Source: an uncultured delta proteobacterium (GTDB lineage: Bacteria; Desulfobacterota; Binatia; UBA9968). From it: 64,000 bases of DNA. A model generated the notes under the pieces. It worked only from the letters and a program-made list of their open reading frames with translations. It was not told the DNA's origin and made no database searches. Shown one piece after another: positions 1-9,567 of this stretch. Within the stretch, counting starts at the first letter, position 1, and every line of letters begins with the position of its first letter. Position numbers and translations under genes: made by a program. The stretch is from the NCBI GenBank assembly GCA_963847445.1, contig CAWJZV010000006.1, positions 1-64,000 of the forward strand, written 5' to 3'.

Positions 1-494
1 CGCGTGGTGAGGTATTGGGGTCGTGTCTGAGTATTGATTCTGCTGAAAAACCCTATTGCAAATCTCGATCTGTCGACAGCCGTGGTTTCCGCCAGTGATA
101 AATTTCATCGTTGGCTATCGTAACGGTGAAAAGTCCTAACTTTTAACCCTCATGCTGGGTGTGCCGTGGCCATTTCAAACTGAAAAGCCAGCCGTCTTAA
201 ATATCGTTTCACATTGCACGGCGCAGCAGTCTGCTGATTACGCTCGCGAACAGCATCGATTGCTGCAAGCGGATTAATAGCGGTCAACCTTAAGCGGAAT
301 TTTCTTATTAGGTAGCTGTTATTCCACGATCGGCTAGACAATGGCTGTGTCGCGAGTCCGGGACAACCTCTTCGCACGATGTTTTGAAATTTGACTCTTC
401 CCAGCAGCGAGACGCTTCAACCAGTATTTGTCCGAAGACTGCAACAGGGGCACCGGCTGACTAACCGCTTTAGCCAATTTATCAGCTTACTTTT

Positions 495-510
495 TGGTAC
501 AGGCTTTGCT
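495..510 (+). promoter_or_regulatory. sigma54 (-24/-12) promoter candidate upstream of ku
   Basis: TGGTAC-AGGCT-TTGCT fits TGGCAC-N5-TTGC with GG-N10-GC spacing; 64 nt upstream of ATG 574, same strand. Confidence 0.6.
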
Positions 511-573
511 GTATAAATCAGCGCGGTTGAATTTTTCGCAGCGCGGCGATCCGTGCACACGGTAAAACAACCT

Positions 574-1449
574 ATGGCTAAAGCGCGTCGAATTAAGAAA
601 CCGGTTAAAAGTGTTAAAAGAACCTCATCTCGTTCCATCTGGAAGGGCGTCATCGGCTTCGGCCTGGTTAATATTCCGGTGGCGCTTTATTCCGCGGAGA
701 CTAAACAGAAGTTGAGCTTTCGGCTGCTCGACCGCCGCGATCTGGCGCCGGTGCGCTATCGGCGTGTCAACGAAAAAAGCGGCAAAGAGGTGCCCTGGGA
801 CGAAATCGTCAAGGGTTATGAATACGAGAAAAATGAATTTGTCGTGCTCAGCGATGCGGATTTCGAGCGGGCCAATGTCGAGGCGACCCAAACCATTGCC
901 ATCACCGAGTTTGTCGACGCGGCGGAAATCAGCCCGGTCTATTTCGAGCAACCCTACTATCTCGCGCCGTTGAAATACGGTGAAAAAGGCTACGCGCTTT
1001 TGCGCGAAGCGATGCGCCGCACAGGCAAAGCCGGAATCGCTCGGATGGTGTTGCGGTCGCGCGAATATCTCGTCGCCGTGCTCGTCCATGGCGATGTTTT
1101 AGTCGTGAATCTTTTGCGCTTTGCTCACGAGCTGCGCCGTGATCGAGGGCTCGAAGTGCCCGGCAAAGACCTCAAGCAATTGAAGATTACCGATCGTGAG
1201 ATTTCCATGGCTAGGCAGCTGGTCGAAACGCTCGAAGAACGCTGGCGCCCCGAGCAGTTCCGCGAACAGTATTATGACGATCTGATGAAGATCATCACCG
1301 CGAAAATTAAAAGCGGTAAAACCAAGACGATCGAAGACCAAGCCCGCCCGGCAGCGCCGAAAACCAGCAAGGTGGTCGATATCACTAAGCTGCTGAAGCG
1401 AAGCGTCGAACAAGCGCAGCAGCCGGCGCGACGGCGCAAAGCCGGCTGA
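574..1449 (+). CDS. ku: Ku protein (NHEJ DNA end-binding)
   Basis: RSIWKGVIGFGLVNIPVALYSA, EIVKGYEYEK, PYYLAP motifs; basic C-terminal tail; start at ATG 574 preferred over GTG 553. Confidence 0.97.
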   Translation: MAKARRIKKPVKSVKRTSSRSIWKGVIGFGLVNIPVALYSAETKQKLSFRLLDRRDLAPVRYRRVNEKSGKEVPWDEIVKGYEYEKNEFVVLSDADFERANVEATQTIAITEFVDAAEISPVYFEQPYYLAPLKYGEKGYALLREAMRRTGKAGIARMVLRSREYLVAVLVHGDVLVVNLLRFAHELRRDRGLEVPGKDLKQLKITDREISMARQLVETLEERWRPEQFREQYYDDLMKIITAKIKSGKTKTIEDQARPAAPKTSKVVDITKLLKRSVEQAQQPARRRKAG

Positions 1450-1464
1450 CGGAGCTGAGTTGCC

Positions 1465-1596
1465 ATGGCGCTCGAAATCTACCGCCGCAAACGTGATTTG
1501 CACCGCACTCCCGAGCCGCGCGGCGTGACCGGAGAAAGCCGTGGCACGAGCTTTGTCATCCGCAAGCATGCGGCGCTGCGGCGCGAAAAAAAATAG
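1465..1596 (+). pseudogene. ligD: truncated LigD N-terminus (start of phosphoesterase domain), 43 aa
   Basis: My translation MALEIYRRKRDLHRTPEPRGVTGESRGTSFVIRKHAALRREKK* matches the LigD start (YRRKRDF..TPEP..FVIQKHAA); GGAG RBS; directly after ku; rest of gene absent. Confidence 0.8.
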
Positions 1597-1629
1597 CCGC
1601 GTGAAAATCTAAAAAAGGAGGAAAACATT

Positions 1630-2094
1630 ATGGCGGCGACAATTGCCAAACATCCGATCCACCCGATGCTCGTTGTGTTTCCCATCGGACTGTGGATTTT
1701 CTCGCTGGTGTGCGATCTGGTTTTTCTCTTCGGACCGGCTACTCCTTTGTGGCGTGACATGGCGTTCTACACCATGGTGGGCGGCTGGATCGGCGCACTG
1801 GCCGCGGCGGTGCCCGGCTTAATCGACTATTTCAGCATGAGCCCGGGCGCAGCCAAGCGCACTGCCACGACCCACATGATTCTCAATCTCGTCGTCGTCA
1901 CGCTCTATACCATCAATCTGTGGATTCGTTGGTCAGCGGTGGTCGGCGGCGGGTGGCCAGTGGGGTTATCGGTGCTTGCGGTGCTGCTGATGGCGGCCGC
2001 CGGCTGGCTCGGCGGCGAGCTAGTCTACGTCCACGGGGGCGAAGAAAAGCCTCAAGCGGCCCGGCCGCAGCGCGATCGGCGCCGGGTGGCATGA
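1630..2094 (+). CDS. DUF2231 family membrane protein
   Basis: HPIHPMLVVFPIGL, GLIDY, H-x-ILN, GWLGGELVY; four TM segments; AAGGAGG RBS. Confidence 0.88.
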   Translation: MAATIAKHPIHPMLVVFPIGLWIFSLVCDLVFLFGPATPLWRDMAFYTMVGGWIGALAAAVPGLIDYFSMSPGAAKRTATTHMILNLVVVTLYTINLWIRWSAVVGGGWPVGLSVLAVLLMAAAGWLGGELVYVHGGEEKPQAARPQRDRRRVA

Positions 2095-2145
2095 TCGCTG
2101 CTCATCAGATTGGTTCACGCAATAATCCAGAAAGGAGGACGAAAC

Positions 2146-2403
2146 ATGGAATTTATCGGCTGGATTTTTTTCGGGTTGGTCGTCGGTGTTATCGGAAAAC
2201 TGCTGATGCCGGGTCGAGATCCCGGCGGATTCGTGGTCACAATTCTGCTCGGTATAGCGGGCGCATTGTTAGGCGGGTTTCTCGGTCGTTCGTTGGGGCT
2301 GTACCGAGAAGATGATCCGGTGGGATTCATCATGGCTGTAATCGGGTCAATCATCTTGCTGGTGATATACCGGTTCGCGGTCGGGCGACGCCATACGGTT
2401 TGA
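2146..2403 (+). CDS. GlsB/YeaQ/YmgE family stress-response membrane protein
   Basis: WIFFGLVVGVIGKLLMPGRDPGGFVVTILLGIAGALLGG; AGGAGG RBS before ATG 2146. Confidence 0.93.
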   Translation: MEFIGWIFFGLVVGVIGKLLMPGRDPGGFVVTILLGIAGALLGGFLGRSLGLYREDDPVGFIMAVIGSIILLVIYRFAVGRRHTV

Positions 2404-2554
2404 TCGCCCGGTGAGAGCCCAGCGGCTAGCCGCCGGGAATTTATTCGCCGGCGGCGAATAGGGCCGGACACGTGACTCCATGGGGAGCGCGTGTCCGGTC
2501 CGCTACTTACTTAAATTAAATGTGAACGCCATGGGGCAACGAGGATTATAGGCA

Positions 2555-4303
2555 ATGGCCAATAGCGCAGCTGATATTCTGCTCGAGACGATTTCCGATT
2601 GGGGCGTGGAAGTTATTTTCGGACTTCCCGGCGATGGTATCAACGGGATCATGGAAGCTCTGCGCAAACGCAAAGATAAGATCCGTTTCATTCAGGTGCG
2701 CCACGAGGAATCGGCGGCATTCATGGCCTGCGCCTATGCCAAGTACACGGGCAAACTCGGAGTATGCCTAGCGACTTCCGGTCCAGGCGGCATTCATTTG
2801 TTGAATGGTCTATATGACGCCAAGCTCGACGGCCAGCCGGTGCTGGCGATCACCGGTCATCATTTTCACGATTTGATCGACACCCATGCCCAGCAAGATG
2901 TCAGTCTTGACCGCCTATTCATGGATGTTGCGGTTTACAACACCCGCGTGATGGGGGCGGCCCATGTCGAAAATATCGCCGATCTCGCCTGCCGAACCGC
3001 GCTGGCTTATCGTGGCGTCGCGCACATTAACTTTCCCGTCGACCTGCAAGAACAGCAAGCGGGTGAACGCTCCAAGCGCAATGTTCCGGGCCATACCTCA
3101 GACCGCGGCGAGCGCCATGCCCAACTGCCGGCGCAAGCGGATCTCGATCGCGCTGCCGAAGTGCTCAACGGCGGCAAGAAGGTGGCGATTTTATGCGGGC
3201 GCGGCGCCCTCAATGCCACCGACGAGTTGGAAGAGATCGCGGAGAAATTAGCCGCACCGATTATCAAGGCGTTGCTCGGCAAAGCGGCGGTACCGGATGA
3301 CAGCGCCTATACTACCGGCGGTATCGGCCTGCTCGGCACCAAACCGTCACAGGATGCGATGGAAAGCTGCGATACGCTGCTGATGGTCGGAACATCGTTT
3401 CCGTACATCGAATTTTTACCCAAGCCGGGTCAGGCGCGGGCGGTGCAGATCGATCTAGACCCGGTGCGCATCGGGCTTCGTTATCCGGTGGATGTCGGCT
3501 TAGTCGGCGACAGCCGGCGCACGTTGCGGGCGTTATGCGATAGCTTGCAGCGCCAAGAAGATCGCAGCTTCCTGGAAAAGGCGCGCGCCGGCATGGCGGA
3601 GTGGTGGCAGCTGATGGAGGAGCGCGGCAGCCGCGCCGACCGGCCGATGAAACCGCAGGTCGTCGCCTGGGAGCTCGGCAAGCGGCTCGCCGATAACGCC
3701 ATCGTCTCATGCGATTCGGGAACGGTGGCGACATGGTTTGCCCGCCAGATCCGCGCCCGGCGCGGGCAGATGTATTCGCTGTCGGGTAACTTGGCGAGCA
3801 TGGCTAATGGTTTGCCATACGCCATCGCGGCGCAGATCGCTTATCCGGCGCGGCAATCGATCGCCTTCGTCGGTGACGGAGGGTTTTCCATGCTGATGGG
3901 CGAATTCGTCACAGCGGTAAAATATCGCTTGCCGATCAAAGTCGTGGTCATCAAAAACAACACCCTGGGCATGATCAAATGGGAGCAGATGGTTTTTCTC
4001 GGCAACCCCGAATATGGCTGCGAGCTCGAGCCCATCGATTTCGCCGGTTTTGCCCGCGCTTGCGGCGCCCAGGGATTTACCATCGACGATCCGGCGCAGT
4101 GCGGCGCGACCCTTGATCAGGCTCTCGAAACGCCCGGCCCGGTATTGATCGAAGCGGTGGTCGATCCGTTCGTGCCGCCGATGCCGGCCAAGGTCACCCT
4201 CGAGCAAGCGGCTCATTTTGCCGAGTCCCTCGCGCGCGGCGAACCCAACCGCAGCAAAATTGCCTGGACGGTGCTGTCGGACAAAGTGCGCGAGCTGGTT
4301 TAA
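2555..4303 (+). CDS. poxB: thiamine pyrophosphate enzyme, pyruvate oxidase/dehydrogenase (PoxB-like)
   Basis: FGLPGDGING, RHEESAAFMA, TSGPGGIHLLNGLYDAKLD, GDGGF...NN TPP motif; 582 aa. Confidence 0.9.
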   Translation: MANSAADILLETISDWGVEVIFGLPGDGINGIMEALRKRKDKIRFIQVRHEESAAFMACAYAKYTGKLGVCLATSGPGGIHLLNGLYDAKLDGQPVLAITGHHFHDLIDTHAQQDVSLDRLFMDVAVYNTRVMGAAHVENIADLACRTALAYRGVAHINFPVDLQEQQAGERSKRNVPGHTSDRGERHAQLPAQADLDRAAEVLNGGKKVAILCGRGALNATDELEEIAEKLAAPIIKALLGKAAVPDDSAYTTGGIGLLGTKPSQDAMESCDTLLMVGTSFPYIEFLPKPGQARAVQIDLDPVRIGLRYPVDVGLVGDSRRTLRALCDSLQRQEDRSFLEKARAGMAEWWQLMEERGSRADRPMKPQVVAWELGKRLADNAIVSCDSGTVATWFARQIRARRGQMYSLSGNLASMANGLPYAIAAQIAYPARQSIAFVGDGGFSMLMGEFVTAVKYRLPIKVVVIKNNTLGMIKWEQMVFLGNPEYGCELEPIDFAGFARACGAQGFTIDDPAQCGATLDQALETPGPVLIEAVVDPFVPPMPAKVTLEQAAHFAESLARGEPNRSKIAWTVLSDKVRELV

Positions 4304-4405
4304 AGAACAAATCGACAGTGAACCGGCTATTAAAAGATTGGACTGTTGCGGCGCAAAGATCTGGAAGAAGAGTGTTAACCCACACCGACCCGTAAGGAGA
4401 AAATC

Positions 4406-4915
4406 ATGACCAAGAACTTCGTAGCGCGAGCCACAGCTTCGATTGAAGCGCCAAAAAGTAAGGTTTGGCAGGCGTTGGTCGCACCGGACGGGAGCAAGCA
4501 ATACCTGTTCGGCGCCGAGGTTGAATCGGAATGGAGTGAAGGAAGCCCGATCATATGGAAGGGCGAAATAAAAGGCCAGCAATACCGGGACAGGGGTGTC
4601 ATTCTAAAAATCGAACCCGAGCAAATTCTCCAGTATAGTCATTTCAGCCCGCTATCCGGCAAACCTGACAAATTTGAAAACCATCACATCATTACAATCC
4701 ATCTGTTCGGCAGTGGCAACAAAACCGAGGTATTGCTTTCTCAAGATAATATCGCCGATGACAAGGCGCGCAGCCAATCGGCGACGAATTGGCGAACAGT
4801 GCTTGCAAGTCTGAAGCGATACGTCGAAAAACCGTTGGGAACCAACCGGTCAATGCATTCAAGCGGAAGCCGAATTGGAGCCCGCCCAATTGGAGCGCTA
4901 GCGTCGGAATCGTGA
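4406..4915 (+). CDS. SRPBCC/AHSA1 domain protein
   Basis: IEAPKSKVWQAL, YLFGAEVESEW, C-terminal NW..VL..LK helix; AAGGAG RBS. Confidence 0.85.
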   Translation: MTKNFVARATASIEAPKSKVWQALVAPDGSKQYLFGAEVESEWSEGSPIIWKGEIKGQQYRDRGVILKIEPEQILQYSHFSPLSGKPDKFENHHIITIHLFGSGNKTEVLLSQDNIADDKARSQSATNWRTVLASLKRYVEKPLGTNRSMHSSGSRIGARPIGALASES

Positions 4916-5110
4916 CGACGACGCATTCACCGCCGGACCGAAGAACCAGCAACGGCTCGTAATCGTGGCGCTCTGGGGCTGGGCGAGTCGCTATGCTGCA
5001 AGAGCGGCGGCGAGTGGATCGTCGGGTAAAAAAATCGGCGCGAAGTTCGCTAGACGAATAACACCGGCCTGATAACAAAGCGTAAGAAACCAGGAGAAGG
5101 AGACACTTTT

Positions 5111-5524
5111 ATGACCGCCAAAGTAAATCCGATTCCCGACCAATATCGCGGCGCGACGCCGTACCTGTGCGTGAAGGACGGGATGCGCGCCATCGAGTTC
5201 TACAAGAAGGCGTTTGGCGCCCGCGAAGTGATGCGCATGGCGGGGCCCGACTGCAAACTCGGCCACGCCGAGCTGAGAATCGGCGACGCTCCGATCATGC
5301 TTGCCGAAGAGCACCCGGAGATGAACTTTCGCAGTCCGCAGTCGATCGGCGGAACCCCAGTGAATATTGTCGTTTATGTCAATGACGTGGACGCGTTGGT
5401 GAAACAGGCCGTGGCCAGCGGCGTTAAGGTACTGAGGCCGCCGGCGGATCAGTTATACGGCAACCGGATGGCGACGCTGGAAGACCCATTCGGCCATTCG
5501 TGGTCCTTTCGCCACGCACGTTGA
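5111..5524 (+). CDS. VOC family (PhnB/glyoxalase-like) protein; C-terminus probably frameshifted
   Basis: TPYLCVKDG..AIEFYKKAFGA, HAELRIGD, DPFGHSW; the expected ATHVEDVPPEE continues in another frame after ~5508. Confidence 0.9.
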   Translation: MTAKVNPIPDQYRGATPYLCVKDGMRAIEFYKKAFGAREVMRMAGPDCKLGHAELRIGDAPIMLAEEHPEMNFRSPQSIGGTPVNIVVYVNDVDALVKQAVASGVKVLRPPADQLYGNRMATLEDPFGHSWSFRHAR

Positions 5525-5666
5525 AGACGTTCCGCCTGAGGAAAAGCAAAGCGCGCAGCTGCCCATCATAATTAGCCGACGATGTGTCGCCGATAAATTC
5601 TCACGCGACTGATATAGAGCAGCGCTGCCTCGATTGGGCGTTCTGCTGACTTTCGAAGAGCGGTTT

Positions 5667-5744
5667 GGGCCGCCCGAGTTGCCGCGCTCAGGAGCGCTAC
5701 ACTCGGGCGGCCCTCGAGACGATCTTTGTCGAGCCGCCCGAGTG
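5667..5744. repeat. A-A'-A inverted-repeat triplet between convergent genes
   Basis: GGGCCGCCCGAGT (5667-5679) pairs with ACTCGGGCGGCCC (5701-5713); CACTCGGGCGGC (5700-5711) also pairs with GCCGCCCGAGTG (5733-5744). Confidence 0.75.
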
Positions 5745-5769
5745 AAAGGCGGTTAAGTCCTATCGGTGT

Positions 5770-6231
5770 TTATTTCGCGTCGATGAAATACCACAGGCCG
5801 GCGCCGATCAACGTCGATTGGAGCGGGTATTTGCGCACCACACCCATGAGATCAGCCGCCATATTTTCAAGGTCGTTGGTTTTCAAATAAGAGCCGGCGG
5901 TTTCAAAGCCGCTAGCGACGCCCGCTTGAGCCTCGCGCGCTTTGCTTGCCGCACTGGCGCCAAACTCGTATGCCTTGTCTTTCAGCTCTCCCACCGCCGC
6001 GACGGCACCGGACAATTTACCGCCGGCCGCGCTTTCTGCTTCCCTGAACCGGCGCTCAACCTCTTGTTGGGCAGTCTCCCGGGAGTAGCCGTATTTCTCT
6101 TGAATTTTACCGATCAGTTTATCTTTTTGACCACCGATCTGTTCGAAGTCATCGTCACTTAAATAGCCCCACCAAGATTTCAGGCTGCCTCTCATTTGTT
6201 TCCACTGGCCGGCAAAAGTATCTTCGTTCAC
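5770..6231 (-). CDS. CsbD family protein with C-terminal extension
   Basis: N.D..AGQWKQMRG..K.WWG.L.DDD..QI.G..D.LIGKIQEKYG; Ala-rich helical tail ending in RKYPLQSTLIGAGL (ElaB/YqjD-like anchor). Confidence 0.9.
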   Translation of the reverse strand: MNEDTFAGQWKQMRGSLKSWWGYLSDDDFEQIGGQKDKLIGKIQEKYGYSRETAQQEVERRFREAESAAGGKLSGAVAAVGELKDKAYEFGASAASKAREAQAGVASGFETAGSYLKTNDLENMAADLMGVVRKYPLQSTLIGAGLWYFIDAK

Positions 6232-6299
6232 GGTTCGATCCTCCTATAATTAAAAGTTAGTTCTGATTTCTCGGAAAATTTACCAAGCTAAGTAGCCAA

Positions 6300-6377
6300 C
6301 TAGCGTAGGCCCAGGTAGCCGAGAATGAACAATACGACAACCACCACTCCGATAATGTAAAAAATGTTAGATCCCAT
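6300..6377 (-). CDS. 25-aa single-TM small protein (MGSNIFYIIGVVVVVLFILGYLGLR)
   Basis: GGAGA RBS, ATG 6377, TAG 6300-6302; co-oriented between the BON and CsbD genes; below ORF-track cutoff. Confidence 0.7.
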   Translation of the reverse strand: MGSNIFYIIGVVVVVLFILGYLGLR

Positions 6378-6443
6378 ATGGCTTTTCTCCGATCACGGTT
6401 TTGTCAACGCTTTAAGTGGCGTCAGACTCGCCGTTCGCTAAGG

Positions 6444-6770
6444 TTATTTTTGCTGAACTTGCAGATTGTTTCTGACCCCTTTAACGCCATCGACCTGACG
6501 AACAAGAGCCTCAACTCGCGATCTTGTTTCGGCAGACTCAACCATGCCGTTGAGCGATACGACGGCCCGAACTGTGTCGACTTCGACGCGCGTGAGGGTC
6601 GACAGTTTCTCGGTGGCCAGCTTAGTCTTGACTGAGGCGGTGATCGTCGAATCATCGACGTTCTGGCCGGCGGTGCTGCCGGTCATAGCTTGGCAACCCG
6701 ACATGAGCGCGACAATCACAACCAGGCTCGTCAGAGTTTGGCGAAGTTTTAATTTGCTGATCAACATCAT
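6444..6770 (-). CDS. BON domain lipoprotein (OsmY-like)
   Basis: lipobox ALMSGC; DDSTITASVKTKL, V.V.T...VV.L.G.V, V.GVKGVRNNLQV; GGGAG RBS. Confidence 0.92.
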   Translation of the reverse strand: MMLISKLKLRQTLTSLVVIVALMSGCQAMTGSTAGQNVDDSTITASVKTKLATEKLSTLTRVEVDTVRAVVSLNGMVESAETRSRVEALVRQVDGVKGVRNNLQVQQK

Positions 6771-6823
6771 AATCTCCCTTTCTTTGCTGGTTAATAAGCG
6801 GTCATAGATAGTTGGCTGAGATG

Positions 6824-6839
6824 AGCAAAGGCCATTCCA
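6824..6839 (-). promoter_or_regulatory. sigma54 promoter candidate upstream of BON-smallORF-csbD operon
   Basis: minus strand reads TGGAAT-GGCCT-TTGCT, 54 nt from the start codon. Confidence 0.55.
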
Positions 6840-7206
6840 ACGCACTGGGCAATTTTATTTGCTGTAGCGCGCAATTTCGTCCTAACTTCGGGATTCTCGC
6901 GGTGATTTTGTCTCAAGCTCGATACAGCGAAGCGCGAATGTTTTTCGCAAACCGCTTGCGCGCAATGGGGTTGGACCATCGATCGCTGCCGTTGTAGTTC
7001 GGTCGGGGCAGAACACCACTGACAGAAACAGCCGCGAATGCGGACGCGCTGGGGTCTCTCGCATCCAGACATTGTTCGGCTTTGGCTGGCGATTGCCGCG
7101 GCTCACGCGCCGCTGGAAATGGCTATACTCGTCGCGGGTTCGTGGCCTTGTCGATACGCGCGCCGCAGTTTTGATCGGAGGAGTAACGCTCGCGTCTCTG
7201 CCATTG

Positions 7207-9259
7207 CTAGTAAGGCAAGATCCCGGTCTCGAGAACCGGCGCACGCGGCAGCCCCGTGACGTCAAGGATCTCCTGCTCGTTGAGCGTCTCGCGCGCCAGC
7301 AGGGCTTCGACGAGCGCGTCGAGTTGCTCGCGGTGCGCGCCCAGGAGGCGCTTGGCCTCGTCGTGGCTCTCGTCGATGATCTTGAGCACTTCGGCATCGA
7401 TGGCTTCGGCGGTCTTCTCGCTGAACGGCCGTCGCGCCGGCGTAACCGTTCGAGCCGCTCAGGTAGGGGTTTTCGCGGGGCGCGAGCTGGACCATCCCGA
7501 GCCGCTCGCTCATGCCCCAGCGCGTGACCATCTGGCGCGCGAGCTCGGTCGCCTGCTCGATGTCGCTTTCGGCTCCGGTCGTCCTCGTGCCGTAGACGAT
7601 CTCCTCGGCCGCCCGGCCGCCGAGCATGCCGACGATCCGCGCGCGCAGGTACGCTTCCGGATAGTTGTAGCGATCGCTATCCGGCCGCTGATAGGTCACG
7701 CCGAGCGCCTGGCCCGCGCGGCACGATCGTCACTCGGTTCACCGGGTCGGCGCCGGGCACCACCAGACCGAGGATCGCGTGTCCGCCCTCGTGGTAGGCG
7801 ATGCGCTCCCTGTCGGCGCGGCTCAGGAGGAGCGGGCGCTCGGGGCCGAGCACGATCTTCTCCAGCGCATCGAGGAAGTCCTTGTGATGGACCTCGTTCT
7901 GCTCGCGCCGGGCCGCCAGCAGCGCCGCCTCGTTGACCAGGTTCTTCAGGTCGGCCCCCGAGAGTCCCGGCGTCGCGGCGGCGAGCTCCGCCAGGCTCGA
8001 CGTCGTTCGCGAGCGGCACGTCGCGGGTGTGGACCTTGAGGATCGCCTCGCGACCGGTCTTGTCCGGCAGGTTGACCACGACGCGCCGGTCGAAGCGTCC
8101 GGGCCGCAGCAGCGCCTTGTCGAGCACGTCCGGCTGATTGGTCGCCGCCAGCACGATGATGCCCTCGCGGCTGGAGAAGCCGTCCATCTCGGTCAGGATC
8201 TGGTTCAGCGTCTGCTCCTGCTCGCTCGAGCCGCCGATCGCGATCTGCCCGCGCGCGCGGCCGATGGCGTCGAGCTCGTCGATGAAGATGATCGCCGGCG
8301 CTTGCTCGCGCGCCTGCTTGAAGAGGTCGCGCACCCGCGCCGCGCCGACCCCGACGATCATCTCGACGAACTCGGCGGCGCTCATCGAGAAGAACGGCAC
8401 CCCCGCCTCCCCGGCGACCGCCTTCGCGAGCAGCGTCTTCCCGGTGCCCGGGCGCGCCGACCAGCAAGCACGCCCTTCGGCGCGGTCCCGCCGAGACGCG
8501 TGTACTTCTTCGGGTCCTTCAGGAAATCGACGATCTCGACCAGCTCGTTCTCGGCCTCGTCGATACCGGCGACGTCGTCGAAGGTGACCTTCGGTCCTTG
8601 CTCCTGGTCGTAGCGGCGCGCCTTGCTCTTGCCGATGCCCATGAGCCCGCCGCCGATGCCGCCGCCCTGCTGGCCGCGCGCCGGAAGAGCCAGACGTAGA
8701 AGGCGATGAGGAGCAGGGCCGGACCGAAGCCGAAGAGGAGCGTCGCCCACGGACTGCCGCCGTCCTGGATCGGTTCGGCGCTGATCTCGACGCCGTTATC
8801 GATCAGAAATGTCTCCAACCCGGCGTCGACGAAAGAAGGCAGGGTAGTCGTGAAGTTGCTCACCGTTTTGGCCACGGCGTCGGCAGCCGGCTTGTCAGCC
8901 TTTTGCGGCTCAGCGCTCGGCGTCGCCCCCTTTTTGTCGGTTGACTGGTAGGCGACCGTGGTCTTGAAGCGGCCCGTGATAGTCTCGCCCTGGCTATAGA
9001 TCGCCGCGACGTTACCCTTGCCGACTTCCGCTTTGAACAACGTGTAGGGCACCGTAATCGGCGCTTCCGGTGGAAAGATGAGCCTGACGAGCAAGTAGTT
9101 GGCGAGCAACGCGCCCAAGAACCACAGCCAGGTTTGGCTCGGCGGCATCTTGGCCTTTTCGGAACCCTTGGCAGCTCCAGGACGACTGATGTCCGGAGGT
9201 AACCGGTTAGGCGGTGCGGCGTCGGCATCCCGTTGTAGCTTTCGTCTTATGAATTTCAT
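7207..9259 (-). CDS. ftsH: ATP-dependent zinc metalloprotease FtsH paralog (several frameshifts)
   Basis: two TM segments, [12 protein letters not shown], Walker A GAPGTGKT, Walker [33 protein letters not shown] spread over ORFs 8519-9298, 8382-8750, 7696-8400, 7262-7699, 7207-7389; AGGAGG RBS. Confidence 0.93.
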
Positions 9260-9567
9260 TCTCACCTCCTCGGCGGCGCGGTGGGCGATATCAGGCAAAG
9301 ATACAGCATCATATAGAAACGGCTACCACTCGCGCCGCCTCACAACAAGATAAAATACTAATGAACGGGGGATCGGAACTGGACCATCGCTTGATTATTT
9401 TTCGGACAGCGGCCGCATATCGATCGCATATCTCGCCTGGAATAGTCCGGCAAAGGTTTACTTTTTTAACAGGGTTATGCTTAGTTAATGCCAACGATTG
9501 AGGTTGCAACACTGTGGAGCTATTCGTGGCGACCGTATCCGAGCACAAGACGCGACTGGAGGAATTG

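Noticed and set aside
9478-9493. Further weak sigma54-like motifs (here TGGCAT-TAACT-AAGCA on the minus strand; also near 37804 and 59448)
   Set aside because: Only GG-N10-GC with poor flanks; too likely by chance to list as features.
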